Part shown: one piece after another, positions 23,560-35,902 of the stretch
Position numbering within the stretch: position 1 is the stretch's first letter
Layout of the letters: each line of letters opens with the position of its first letter
DNA from: Octopus bimaculoides
Lineage: Eukaryota
Length of the DNA: 63,784 nucleotides
Direction of reading: 5' to 3'
Assembly (NCBI RefSeq): GCF_001194135.2
Contig: NC_068985.1
Coordinates: 39,167,384-39,231,167 of the forward strand
Notes under the pieces: generated by a model
What the model saw: only the letters and a program-made list of their open reading frames with translations
Told to the model about the DNA's origin: nothing
The model's database searches: none
Made by a program: the position numbers and the translations under genes

Positions 23560-26500
23560 AAAGTAACAAAAAAGAAAACAAGATTAAAATTATTACCCTA
23601 GAAAACATAGAGAACATAGGCCACGGAATTAGACGTGATACTTGCAGAACAAGTTAAATAACAAACCATAACGAAGCAAAACCCTAAAGCACTTATAGAC
23701 AATTGTGTATGAAAAATTGAATTTGAAGAACAAAATATGAGAAAATATGAGGAAGACTCAGAAATCGAATGTTGTAAATATAAAAATTAATGAATATCAA
23801 AAAAGGAAATAATTAGATTATTAAAACGAAGAGCTAAGTATGGACTTATAAAAATCCCTCTTAATTATAAAAGTTAATGTTAAAATAGCTACAATAAAAG
23901 CGTCAATTATACACTTTTATTTGTTGCTATTTTAATGAGTATCTAGAAAACTTATCTAAGAAACTTATCAAGAAAGCATGCGAATATTAATCTTAATAGA
24001 GCATACAAAATCTTATATGCAACAGCAATGTAGTTTCAATTGAAATATGAGTGTTCCCTCAAGATCTCTCAACAAGCAATATCAAAATAATTGAATAATG
24101 TGGATAGCAAACATACACAAAATAAACGGAAAAATGTTATGCTCTCAATCCCTAATGACATCAAGGCAATTGAAAAACAAAAGACAAACGCTATAGAAAT
24201 ATAACATAAAATAGCATTCAAAGATTTAAAATTCGCATGAGGCTGGAAATTTCAGTTAATTGCAAAGAATTCGTTGCTATGAGGAGCAACGATTCTTTGA
24301 ACAAAACAAATAGCTCAACTATACCCCCAAAAGATTTTATCAATAACTAAGAAAAGATAGCATATAAAACATTACAGTACCAATAGCAAGAAGATTTGAA
24401 GAATTCCAGGGAGATGTTTAGATAGCAAAAGACCTACAATGGACGAGATTATCAAAATAATATCTCGGCGCCAGAATAACTCAGAATACCTCAAGTGCTA
24501 CACACAGCGAAAACCTATAATGCATCAGGAAATAATAAAATCCCAAATTCCAGGTTGGAATATTTATCAAGCTCACGTAAAGTACTGCCAAAAGTATTTC
24601 ACAGTATATTGAAAGAAACCGGAAACAACACCTGACTGTTTGGAAAGCCATCAGAAATATAAACATGTTTTTCTACAGTTTAAAAACCTTTTAATGTGAT
24701 AAGAAAAAGAACTGACACTCCGTCGATTGCGACGACTAGCGTTCCAGGTGGTCTAGTCGAGGGAACAACCTGATCGTGAACTTAACGTACAAGTGGGCGA
24801 TACTCCACAGACACGCGTAACATTAACATAGTTCTCTGGGAGATTCAGAGTGACTTAGAAAGAGACAAGGCGGCGCATTGAAATATAAGTATTACTCATT
24901 TCTGCTAGCTAAAGCTGGAGCAACTTATGATAAAGTCTCTTGCTCAAGGACATAACGCACCGAGCTCGGGACCTTGCGACCATGAGCTGAAAATCCTAAC
25001 CACGAAACCACGCGCTTTCACTAAAGTGCAATAATATCAAGAATTAAAGAAATATCTGGGAGAAAAAAAAACTTTCGAGAACGGAAAGGATGGTGTGAAA
25101 ATTCATCTTGTAGTAAAAACATAACTGAAATCGAAGACTGTAAAAGATATGGCCCTTCTGTCACCTACAGCTTTCACAATCAGAAGGCCTTTGACAATCA
25201 TCCATCTACATGAATTGTGTGAAGAATAACTCCACTAATTTACAACATGACATTAAGATATTTAAACGACATATTACACTAGGCTACAATCCCATACAAA
25301 TACTACAGGTGCAAAATTAAACCGTTCGTAGATATGAAAGATCCGGTTTTTCGCAGCTCTTGATAAACAAATGGAAACACCGCCGAAATTGTACAAGGAT
25401 TTACTGCAAGAAATGAAACGAAATTCCAATTAGGAAAATGAACAAAAGCGAACGTGTAAATAGATTATTACTTAAAAACCCTAATGTCAGGTTTCATGAA
25501 GAAGGCAAAATATGATGAATGGATTAAACACAGGCTGTTAAATACAAATTATTGATCAAGAGTGAATACAAATATGAATGATTAAAACAATTAAGAGAGG
25601 AATAGTTAAATTCAGAACGTATTAGGCCATCCCAGTAATATTATTGTCGTAGAAATCTCAGCGAACCAGTCAGTGAAATAATAGGAATAAATAGAAAATT
25701 AAAAATAATGACTAAATTTTGAATAAAACACCATCAATTGAATATAGTATGATTGTACTTAACAAAAACAGAAAGAAGTTGGAGAACCGTGTCATTAGAA
25801 GTATTTATAGGATTATCTATTGTAAAACAACAAAAATATGTATCAATGGGAAATAGTTCGATGCGAGTTTATACTGCACTACCAGTTACACCGCCATGTT
25901 CCCGAGCTGTGTAAAAGAGAGTTTCATAGGGATTTAGAATTGTGTTTCTTGGAAAGATTACTCTAGTCGATTGTAGAATTTGTTTCTTTGTTTCTTATAT
26001 TATTTTGTGTTTCGTAGTAATTCAAGAAGCTGCAAAGCACAAACAAAACAAAAATGTAGAAGATACAAAGAGAAACTGAAGTCAAACACTTTTAAACCGA
26101 GAGGAATTATTAGAAAATGAGAAACAAAATTAGTTACTTTACACTTTCTAAAAACAATATCAAGAAAACCCTTTCTATGCTGAAACTGGACAAAAGGACA
26201 GCAGCATAAGATTAGATTAAAATATCTCAGAACTGATTGTGAAGATACAATGCATAGTGTAGAACATTATTGTTTGATCAAATCTTTCTCATTTGAAACC
26301 ACAGAAAGCATGCACTGAAGCAAAATATATTAAATAACTTCGGAATATGCAGAGATTGGAGAGAAACAATTGCCACAACATGAGCATAAATAAGGGGTAC
26401 AAGGCACGAAAGAATTAGAGCATTTATACACGAGATTATATTAGCATTATAATATAGCAACATAAATGCGATGAACCAATATACGAGACAGAGGGTACAA

Positions 26501-26760
26501 TACTACCTGAGTGTATATTATTACCAAGTACCAATAGTAAAGAATGAGTCGTAATCGATGTATCAGTCCCAGCAGAAAATGTCGTATCTCCAAACGAAAT
26601 GGAGAAATTATCTAAATTATCCAGACCTGGAAACAGAAATAAATTGAATAGGAAGATTGCAAAGATAGACACTAATAATATGCTTGTGAAATATTATAAC
26701 AGATACAAACAGCTTACATCACCAAAATTCCATAACTTACTCACATATGCAGCATACCAT
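23560..26760 (+). mobile_element. Long fossil of an R4/Dong-like RLE-type non-LTR retrotransposon
   Basis: Ordered motifs by manual translation: QRIRCYEEQRFFEQNK*LNYTPKRFYQ (about 24260); KTYNASGNNKIPNSRLEYLSS (about 24510); ERKGW...IEDCK...QKAFD (about 25080-25200); AIPVI (about 25627); YLTKTERSWR (about 25756); CR..RETI...RHERIRAFIH (about 26350-26435); VIDVSVPAENVVSPNEMEKLSK/YPDLETEIN (about 26551-26645, RLE motif). A-rich plus strand with many stops. Confidence 0.8.
24700..25022 (-). mobile_element. SINE family C (tRNA head plus CORE-like), nested in the R4-like LINE
   Basis: Minus strand GCGCGTGGTTTCGTGGTTAGG...GCGTTATGTCCTTGAGCAAGAGACTTTATCATAAGTTGCTCCAG (CORE-like CCTTGRGCAAG), with a distinct tail ending GACGGAGTGTCAGTT. 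Confidence 0.75.
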
Positions 26761-27251
26761 AAATAGGAAGCACACATATATTACCAGTTTACCAGTTTAG
26801 TAGTGCTTTGTTAGCTAGCTGTGCTGACTTCAAAACTTCCAGTGAATGTATAGTAAACTGTGAAAATAATGAATGAGTTTTTGTGCACCGACACCGGAAG
26901 CTTCAAGGTGTTCGTTCAACCAGCTTAAAATAGCTGCTAAATTTCCATCAAATCTCACGCTGTTTTTGCAAGTGTTATTAATTGAGATTATCCTAACAAC
27001 CGGAAAACGTATAACTCATACGTTTAAAAAACAAGGATCCATTTCTTACTGGATCGTTCTTATTTTCCAAGACTTTGGATTGACTCATGTTATCGACTTT
27101 TGTTGACTTTAGATTATAAAGATTGCTTGAGAAAATCTTGAATCTAATAAGGAAGTTAATTGACGTTTTTCACATCACTATATTGGATACTGTACCACAG
27201 TTGTATTTAGCATATAACTTTACATCTTGGGGTAATATTTCTCAACACCAT

Positions 27252-27648
27252 TTTCTTATTCTTTACTTACTTGTTTCAGTCATTTGACTGCGGCCATGCT
27301 GGAGCACCGTCTTTAGTCGAATCAAATCGACCCCAGAACTTATTCTTTGTAAGCCTGGTACTTATTCTATCGGTATCTTTTGCCGAACCGCTAAACACAC
27401 CAGCATCGGTTGTGAAGCTCTTTGGGGGGACAAATGCAGATACACAACATACACACACATACATATACATATATATACATATATACGACAGGCTTCTTTC
27501 AGTTTCGTCTACCAAATCCACTCACAAGGCTTTGGTCGGCCCGAGGCTATAGTAGAAGACACTTGCCCAAGGTGCCACGTAGTGGGACTGAAACCGGAAC
27601 CATGTGGTTGGTAAGCAAGCTACTTACCAAACAGCCACTCCTGCGCCT
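27252..27648 (-). mobile_element. SINE family B, full-length, best-preserved copy
   Basis: Sense strand: AGGCGCAGGAGTGGCTGTTTGGTAAG (A box-like), CCGGTTTCAGTCCC (B box-like), CACCTTGGGCAAGTGTCTT (CORE-like), internal (TA/TG)n, GATAGAATAAGTACCAGG, tail CAGCATGGCCGCAGTCAAATGACTGAAACAAGTAAGTAAAG. Confidence 0.95.
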
Positions 27649-28049
27649 TATATTCATGATCAACGTTACTTTTTCTTCTTTAATTCTATTCCTACTGAGC
27701 AATCTCTTACTCTAGTCAAATTAGGTTGAACTCTTCCACCGAGAAAAGCTAATAAGACTGAAACATGCCCGTTGCTTATAGCAACTGGCTTTTAAAACAA
27801 GATTCAATTCTACCTCCGTTATCTTCATTCTCACCAAAATTTGTTTATTGGAGTTACCTCCGATGTTGATTGTTTTTTTTATTTTGTTTTGCTTCTTTTA
27901 AGCGGACATGCAGTGGGGTTTGAACGTTCCGCGCAACGTTATCAGTTTTGTCAAAAAATAACGGGCAAAAATACAATGAAGAGAATTGTGTTCTCTTCTC
28001 ATGACCACATAGCTACATTCAGTTTTCGTTTTTACATTTTTAGCCAATG

Positions 28050-28870
28050 ATCTTTGCAGGACTTCTCGAGACTTGTGAGACTGAGACCGATAATGTCCCT
28101 TTTAGACAGTTGCAAGCGATCACCTTCAAAAAAAAACATGAACAATGAGGTGATTCCAGATGGCCGTTACTCTGGAAATGCTTGATAAACCATTGAGATT
28201 GGTGGAAAGAAAAAAAGGTGATCGTACTACTAATGAAAGGGATAAGGATGCAATTGGGCCAGTAAGAAGTGCATCAATGTTGTTGACATAAGAGTAGCCA
28301 GCTGCGCAGAGCGGAGAGTGTTATAGTATCAACAGAAAGGACAAAGAGAGGAGAGAACATGCCAGTGATCGAGACGCTGAAGCATACCCTTTTGTGATAT
28401 AATACTAATCAGACGGATGAATCTTCTTTGGATGTAGCCCATGGATGTCAATGTACATAGCAGCAGCACCGTGTCAGGAATGGATATATTTCTCTATTGT
28501 GAGCCTCACTTGAGCTTTGTAGAGTTTTCACAGTTATTATAGACTAAAAGATTTTCTGACCCTAAAGAGCAAGACTCGTCTTATGATAATTATTCAATGA
28601 CGGACCATCTACTTTGCTCTTCGGTTATCAGGGAAACCTCCATGTTAACCATGCTTTGCCGTCTAAAATGTGGGAACTTATTGCATTATGTTGCTCGGGT
28701 TACATTATGTCTGAAAAAGAAAGTCTGTAAAGATACAGTTGGAGCATCCTTCATTCATTATACGCTAGGTGACTCGTATTAAATAACAACGACAGTGTCC
28801 TACTCTAAAACCTTTGCCCGGTTGACTGACAACAACTTCTAATCACCTAAATCATTCAGCTGTCTTCTCG
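28050..28870 (-). mobile_element. Fossil CR1/L2-group LINE, 3' end of ORF2
   Basis: A minus frame reads RVRKSFSL**L*KLYKAQVRLTIEKYIHS*HGAAA and later SRVTAIWNHLIVHVF, matching the LYKAQVRP.MEYCSH.W and R...WN.LP..VF motifs of this group. Confidence 0.75.
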
Positions 28871-28914
28871 AATGTATTATATGAATTTGCTTTTAAGTGT
28901 AACATTAGGATCTG

Positions 28915-28941
28915 TCTCTCTTTCTATCTCTCTTTCTCTCT

Positions 28942-28993
<52 letters not shown>

Positions 28994-28995
28994 AG
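28915..28995. repeat. (CT)n microsatellite
   Basis: Imperfect CT tract. Confidence 0.9.
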
Positions 28996-29327
28996 TCACA
29001 TTTTCACAAACTCTCCCTCTCACTCATTTCTTCTCTCTACCTTTCTCTTCCCACCACGTCTAGTTACGCTCACTTTCTCAAAAACTCCTTAACAACTTTA
29101 AAGTTGGCAATACATATTTAGAATAACATTTTGGGTCAACACACTTGTTGCAATGACCATATGAGCATCCCTTTAAAGTTAAATGGATATGTTTTCAACA
29201 AGTTATTTTCATGTCATGAAAGTCCCCACGAAGCAGAGATTGCTCAGCAACAATTTCACTTGCAATAAAAACACCAGAAACACTAAGGAGCATATTTGAA
29301 TCGTTATCAAAATAAAAAAATAACGTG

Positions 29328-29364
<37 letters not shown>

Positions 29365-30172
29365 AAATGCAGTAGAGCTAAACCGACATAGCACAATAGA
29401 ATCAGTAAAAAAATAACCGTCAACCCGAACACAAGCTAAACAAAGGCCATAGTTGCCAATCGAGTAAGAATAACTAACATCACCTTAAACAACTTTAACA
29501 CAAAAGCCACCTTGAAACACCTTATAACTAATACTAGCACAAACAATAATACTAGCAACATCAAAACCACAACAAAAATGGCATGTCATACAATCAAAGT
29601 TGTTTAAACAAACTACAAAACGTGTTCCAATTTTTTTTATTTTTCAACGGTGAGATTTTGGCAGTCAACAATGCCACTTCTGCCATGTTTTAAGTGCTAA
29701 CCTGCAGGCAACTGGCATTAGATGAAAGTTCACAGCAAGAGGTCAAATGAAAATGAATGAAGCGACTTTTTTGTGTTTTGTTTAAAAATTTGAACGGCGT
29801 TTTTTTTTTTTATTTTTGGTAGTTTTCCTATGATTTTCAATTGCAGTTTGTTTATCTCGGACGTAATTCAAAGATTTGTGTTTGCATTGTTTCTGGAGGT
29901 TTTTCATAAAGTACCTCCATCTCTCCCATTCTCTCTCTTCCTCTCTCCATGTCTCTCTCTTTCTCTCTCTTTCTTTCTCCTTCCCTCGTACACATAAACA
30001 CGCACATACAGAAATGTAAGATTGTAAGAAACACACGATAGTTATTACCACAATTGCAAAATAATCAATACTAAGGTGATGTTTTCCTACAGTTGTAAAT
30101 TGAATTAATATCGACAATAGAAGCTGGAATATTTATTAAGGCATCTAAAGGAAATCAAGTAATTGAAGTATG

Positions 30173-30229
<57 letters not shown>

Positions 30230-30428
30230 CTGCGTATGTGTATCTGTGTACACACGCACACACATATCCATATGTATATGTATGTGCATACCCATATGTA
30301 CATGTGTATGCTTGCACATACATAGATATGTACACGGATACATATTCATACACATATGTCTATCAATCTATATTTCTCTATATATTAATAAATATCTATA
30401 TCTGCATCTTTTTCTGTCTCTCTTTCTC

Positions 30429-30507
<79 letters not shown>

Positions 30508-30551
30508 ATATATNNNNNNNNNNNNNNNNNNNNNNNNNNNNNNNNNNNNNN

Positions 30552-30583
<32 letters not shown>

Positions 30584-30699
30584 GGTCGTGCGCTTTTGCA
30601 TACAAACGAAAGAAAAGGAACTGCGTGCACTTTATAGATTTTATATTATGAGGCACCTGATGAATCACCTCATTACTTCACAGAATCTGATGCACGTGA

Positions 30700-32280
30700 A
30701 AAGGTATATATAAGCTCGTTGAAGCAATATTTGGTAAATGATGTGTTGTATTCGCAGAAAATCTGTTCAAACGATATTCATATGTTGCTGGCCTGAAACA
30801 TTGTGATTGCTAACTACACTTCTCTTATGAAAAGTAAACCTCCCAGTTCAAACTGTGTTCATGAAGTTGTAGCTATTCAGCAAGGCTCATCACATCAGTT
30901 GATTGTTGATTTACGGTATGAATAAAAGCTATCCAAGTGAAATTGTTTCTGGTGACGACAGCGAAACAATATCTCAAACGTCTAGCTGTCTGATTAAATA
31001 ATATTGCAGGATAATTTAATATATAGGACGTTTCTGTTCTTCATAGTCTATACTTTCAGGATATAAATTATCATTATCCATAACAATACATGTTATAAAA
31101 CATTTACGTCTGCGGCATATGAATATCAATGCGAAATGTACGGGAATTAGATTGCTTCCTCTCTTTTGGTCTGAGAATAAAGTTTTGTTTATATTGGGTC
31201 TCGAATATATTCGCATTGTCTCGAATAAGTTCCTTCTATTGCATCCAATGATTTTAAAATGCTTTGCATATCTTTGTTTTGTAAAGTCAAGATCTTTTAT
31301 GTGAGCAAGTTGATATTATATTAGGCTACATGTTGGCTGTTGTGATGAAGGTGATCAACGTGTCTGATTTCGCTTCTGCTGTGAGATTTCGAGAACGAAT
31401 GATTTATGTAGAATAGGTGACCTTAACGCTGTTAAATATGGGCGGATAATGTATTACTCGATTTAAACATTTCGTGGTTACAATATTAGCTGTGTTAATG
31501 TTGTTTAATTGATGAAACAAGATTACTTCCTGGGTTTGCTATAATAAAGGAGATGCTACTGGTATGCTACCTTTTCGCAACTCAACTTGTAAACGTTGCA
31601 GTTATAAGGAACATCCTGTTTAAAATGCCCGAGTTTGAGGCTGCGAATTTCTAATTATGGTTGGAAGATGGAAATAGAGGTTCAATATTCTTTAATCAAA
31701 TCTGGAACACAGAAGTTCTGTGTATTTAAATTGTGTCTTGTGTTTACTGTGCATATTGTGTTTGCCAATTGTTTTTATCACAGCTAAAATATTTACTATA
31801 CTAAATATAGTCACGTTTGATTCATATTTGTATATTCTTGTTAGATCTTCTCTAATTCTTGTATATTCCTGTTAGATCCTTTCCCTTTTCAAGCTGGATG
31901 ATAATACTCATTTGTTTCAGGATAAATACCCCAAGAATACGTTTCAATTCACTTTTGGAAGAGTTGACCACTATTTCGAGGTCTGAAAGAAAATTGTCTT
32001 CTGACCATTGTGATTAATGGTGTTTCCTCTTCACGATGCGCTCTTTTACTTTAAGCTTCAGAGATAGACCCTCCGCTTTCGAGTTTACGGTATTATAGGC
32101 AGCTGGATCGTTATTTATATGTTTGTATGTTTTAGTAATGTTATCTGCTGTGGGTTTAGAGTATCCCGTCTACGTTTTTATTTATCAGACATACTCTTTC
32201 TAAAACTCTTGCATCCAATGCATTTTCCTCCTTTCTGAAACAATAATGTGTGATTTAAAGATTTGACAGACATTTCCATC
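30700..32280 (-). mobile_element. Fossil Penelope-like element (RT through C-terminal region)
   Basis: A minus frame reads NITKTYKHINN...VNSKAEGLSLKLKVKERI...DNF...VNSSKSELKRI (about 32140-31935), typical of PLE RT N-termini (NITKTYK...NPAKSELG). IFNSVKVTYS at about 31420 resembles the TVKVSYSC motif. Heavily decayed. Confidence 0.65.
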
Positions 32281-32796
32281 ACGTCGTCGGATGGGATAGC
32301 TGAACGGGACTGCCTATCTGACTCAGTATTATACTATTAAGACAAGGTAGAGAAGGAAAACGATATGAAGGAAATGTAGTTTGGTGATAAACGATGAGTT
32401 ACAAAATCAAAGAATGCAAAAGTTATTTTCTTCTTTAGTCAGAATTACTGTGTGCACCGTATGCATTTCAAAAGATATTTAAACGTTCTATAGGACGTCT
32501 ATTCCTTACGAAGAATTATGCATTCGGTTCGTAGTTCTTTACATAAAACAAGTGGGAACGACCGACCCAACGATCGATAGGTCACAAACGTAAAATTCTC
32601 TGCCTTCAGGAACTACGTATTCAGAACTGCAATGTTTAGATATAGTTTTATCTGTTTCTAGTGACTTCATTCTCGTGATATGTCGCCCATAGCTACAAGT
32701 TTTTCCCATTTTGGGAATTGTTTTCTTTGACTTTTTTTATCAAATGATAAAAGAATGAAAGGTTGAGAGAAAGAGTGAAAGGAAGAAGTAGCGACA

Positions 32797-32866
<70 letters not shown>

Positions 32867-33121
32867 NNNNNNNNNNNNNNNNNNNNNNNNNNNNNNNNNN
32901 NNNNNNNNNNNNNNNNNNNNNNNNNNNNNNNNNNNNNNNNNNNNNNNNNNNNNNNNNNNNNNNNNNNNNNNNNNNNNNNNNNNNNNNNNNNNNNNNNNNN
33001 NNNNNNNNNNNNNNNNNNNNNNNNNNNNNNNNNNNNNNNNNNNNNNNNNNNNNNNNNNNNNNNNNNNNNNNNNNNNNNNNNNNNNNNNNNNNNNNNNNNN
33101 NNNNNNNNNNNNNNNNNNNNN

Positions 33122-33198
<77 letters not shown>

Positions 33199-33309
33199 AT
33201 GTATGTATGTATGTATGTATGTTTGTATACAGAGAGTAAGAGAGAGATGCAAAAATAGAAAGAAAAAGATGGAGAGCGCCTCCTGCCACACATTAATATA
33301 TATATACCC

Positions 33310-33706
33310 GTTTACTTCTTTCAGTCATTTGACTGCGGCCATGCTGGAGAACGGCCTTTAGTCGATTTAATCGAACCCAGGACTTATTCGTTTTAAGCTT
33401 AGTACTTTTCTATCGCTTCCTTAAGCCGAATCGCTAAGTTACAGGGATGTAAATACAACAACATCGGTTGTCAAGTGATGCTGATGGGGGACAAACACAG
33501 ACAGAAATACATACATTCCAGCATGGCTGCAGTTAAATAACTGAAACAAGAAAAAAAGAAAAATACGACGGGATTCTTTTAGTTTCCGTCTACCAAATCC
33601 ATTCACAAGGCTTTGGTACCCCGAGGGTCTAGTAGGTACTACACAGTGGGACTGAATCCAGAATCACGTCGTTGGGAAACTACCTTCTTATCACACAGCC
33701 AATCCT
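33310..33706 (-). mobile_element. SINE family B with an internal inverted copy of its own tail
   Basis: Aligns with 27252-27648; 33517-33565 carries CCAGCATGGCTGCAGTTAAATAACTGAAACAAG in the opposite orientation. Confidence 0.9.
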
Positions 33707-34227
33707 ATATATATATATATATATATNNNNNNNNNNNNNNNNNNNNNNNNNNNNNNNNNNNNNNNNNNNNNNNNNNNNNNNNNNNNNNNNNNNNNNNNNN
33801 NNNNNNNNNNNNNNNNNNNNNNNNNNNNNNNNNNNNNNNNNNNNNNNNNNNNNNNNNNNNNNNNNNNNNNNNNNNNNNNNNNNNNNNNNNNNNNNNNNNN
33901 NNNNNNNNNNNNNNNNNNNNNNNNNNNNNNNNNNNNNNNNNNNNNNNNNNNNNNNNNNNNNNNNNNNNNNNNNNNNNNNNNNNNNNNNNNNNNNNNNNNN
34001 NNNNNNNNNNNNNNNNNNNNNNNNNNNNNNNNNNNNNNNNNNNNNNNNNNNNNNNNNNNNNNNNNNNNNNNNNNNNNNNNNNNNNNNNNNNNNNNNTGGT
34101 GCTTTTAAAGTTCCACCGGCACGGGTGCCAATCAGGCTGTCAGACAGTACTGTCATCGGTCACGACAACGATTTCACTTGCCTCAACTTGTCTTCGCAAG
34201 CGCAGTGTGTATGTGTGTGTACATACT

Positions 34228-34278
<51 letters not shown>

Positions 34279-34392
34279 AGAGAGTAAATCCTGCCATATA
34301 TTTATAAATATATATATGTATGTACTTATATTGCAATATTCCATTATTTAGCTCCTGCCATACCTATTTGAATAGTTTTATATCTGCTCTTG

Positions 34393-34570
34393 ATCACCAC
34401 CATCATCACCACCATCACCATCACCATCACCACCATCTTCTTTTTCTCTTCTTTTTCTTCTTCGTCATTTTCTTCTTCTTCTTCATCATATTCTTCTTCA
34501 TATTCTTCTTCTTCTTCATCTTCTTCTTCTCTCACTTCCTTTCTTATCCTCCTTCCTCTTCCTTCTTCAT
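34393..34570. repeat. Compound (CAC/CAT)n-(TCT)n simple repeat
   Basis: It explains the poly-H/F and poly-E ORFs. Confidence 0.9.
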
Positions 34571-35094
34571 GATTCTGTTTAGAAAATGTTTTCTTCCAGA
34601 ATTACTTGAAATTATTTGTATGTATTTTGATTTATTTTACAAACAGAAAGCGCCTTGAAATAGTCAAGCGTGTTTTCTATTCTTTAAATGAACATGAACA
34701 CCTTAATGCACTTATATATTTGTCAAGCATCTATTGATGTTAATAGTCACCTGGCTGAAGAAAAATCCGTTTTATGTTACAGAAGCAGTATTATATTAAA
34801 TTAGCTATTTGTGTATCATATAGCGCAAAAAGCAAATTCACAGCAGTACTTGTCCGAAGACAAGCACAAAAGAAAAATATTGCACAAACGTAAACTTAAG
34901 TGGTAACAATAAAAGCAACAACAAATAAATACTAGGTGTCGTTTAATTCCAGATGAAGGAACATCTTATCCGGTAATTTTAAGAAACTGGGTTGAGTAAG
35001 ACATTGATGTCCTTCCGTTTTGAAGAAAATAAAAGACTGGGAGCTTCCATAAGCCATGTAAGGTGTTTGTAGCTAGGGAAGGCCCTGATAAAAG

Positions 35095-35270
35095 TGTGTT
35101 AGTATGGGCTCTCCAAATACCGAGACATAGTATATGTAAGCATGTGCCTTATTTCTGAAACCGAAGACATGATGAAGAATCGCGTAGAATCTGTGTGCCA
35201 CAAGCTCGACAAGAAAATGATTCGATTGTATATGAGTGACAGGAATAAGAGAATCACGAACATTGATTCT
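35095..35270 (+). mobile_element. Possible Tc1/mariner-superfamily transposase C-terminal remnant
   Basis: One frame reads RDIVYV...SETEDMMKNRVESVCHKLDKKMIR...D.NKRI, resembling the post-catalytic helix region (L...VY.....LK..I...W..I). Confidence 0.3.
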
Positions 35271-35614
35271 TGATTTGTTATTATCTTTGGAGAGCAACAG
35301 AAACGTACGGCGAGGACAGAAGTAACTCGTAACAATAAGTAGTCGAGTAAATTTTTCGTGAACCTCTGTTGTTAATCGCTTCGGTTTTTTTCATTCTTTT
35401 TCTTTACTTAGCAACTTTACCACTCATTCAGTTAACAGAATTAGTAATTTGTTCTGTTTTCACTTTGATTTCAAATCCTGTCAAGAGCAGTTCACTATTC
35501 TTGAATTCGTTCTTGATAAAATAGAGTACCGAGTACAAAGTGGTACAGCTGGGGAGTTGTTCGAGCGTCGGACAGACGTTTGAGTTATTTATTCCAACAT
35601 TGTGTTGGAATAAA

Positions 35615-35650
<36 letters not shown>

Positions 35651-35812
35651 CGAATAAGCACATAAATGTGAAACAAGATGGAAAAAAGAGTACTCAAATA
35701 CCAGANNNNNNNNNNAGCACATAAATGTGAAACAAGATGGAAAAAAGAGTACTCAAATACCAGAAGTAGAGTAATATGCTTTATTTAAAAGCAGCAGAAA
35801 TATAACAAAACG

Positions 35813-35850
35813 CTGTTACTCAGAGTTTAACATTCCTGTTCATCGGACAG
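35813..35850 (-). ncRNA. Minimal type I hammerhead-like motif (CCGAUGA core), left arm
   Basis: CUGU-CCGAUGA-ACA-GGAA-UGU-UAAAC-UCUGA-GUA-ACAG; stem II intact (ACA/UGU) but G12 is changed to U. Confidence 0.55.
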
Positions 35851-35864
35851 TTTTGTTAAAAAGA

Positions 35865-35902
35865 CTGTCCGATGAACAGCAGCATGAAACTCTGAGTAAC
35901 AG
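35865..35902 (+). ncRNA. Minimal type I hammerhead-like motif (CCGAUGA core), right arm
   Basis: CUGU-CCGAUGA-ACAGCAGCAU-GAAAC-UCUGA-GUA-ACAG; stem I CUGU/ACAG, stem III ACU/AGU, stem II disrupted. Confidence 0.55.

Noticed and set aside
34320-34658. His/Phe-rich and Glu-rich ORFs
   Set aside because: Trinucleotide simple repeats.
35657-35764. Exact 49-bp direct repeat
   Set aside because: The copies flank a 10-N gap, the signature of an unmerged contig overlap.
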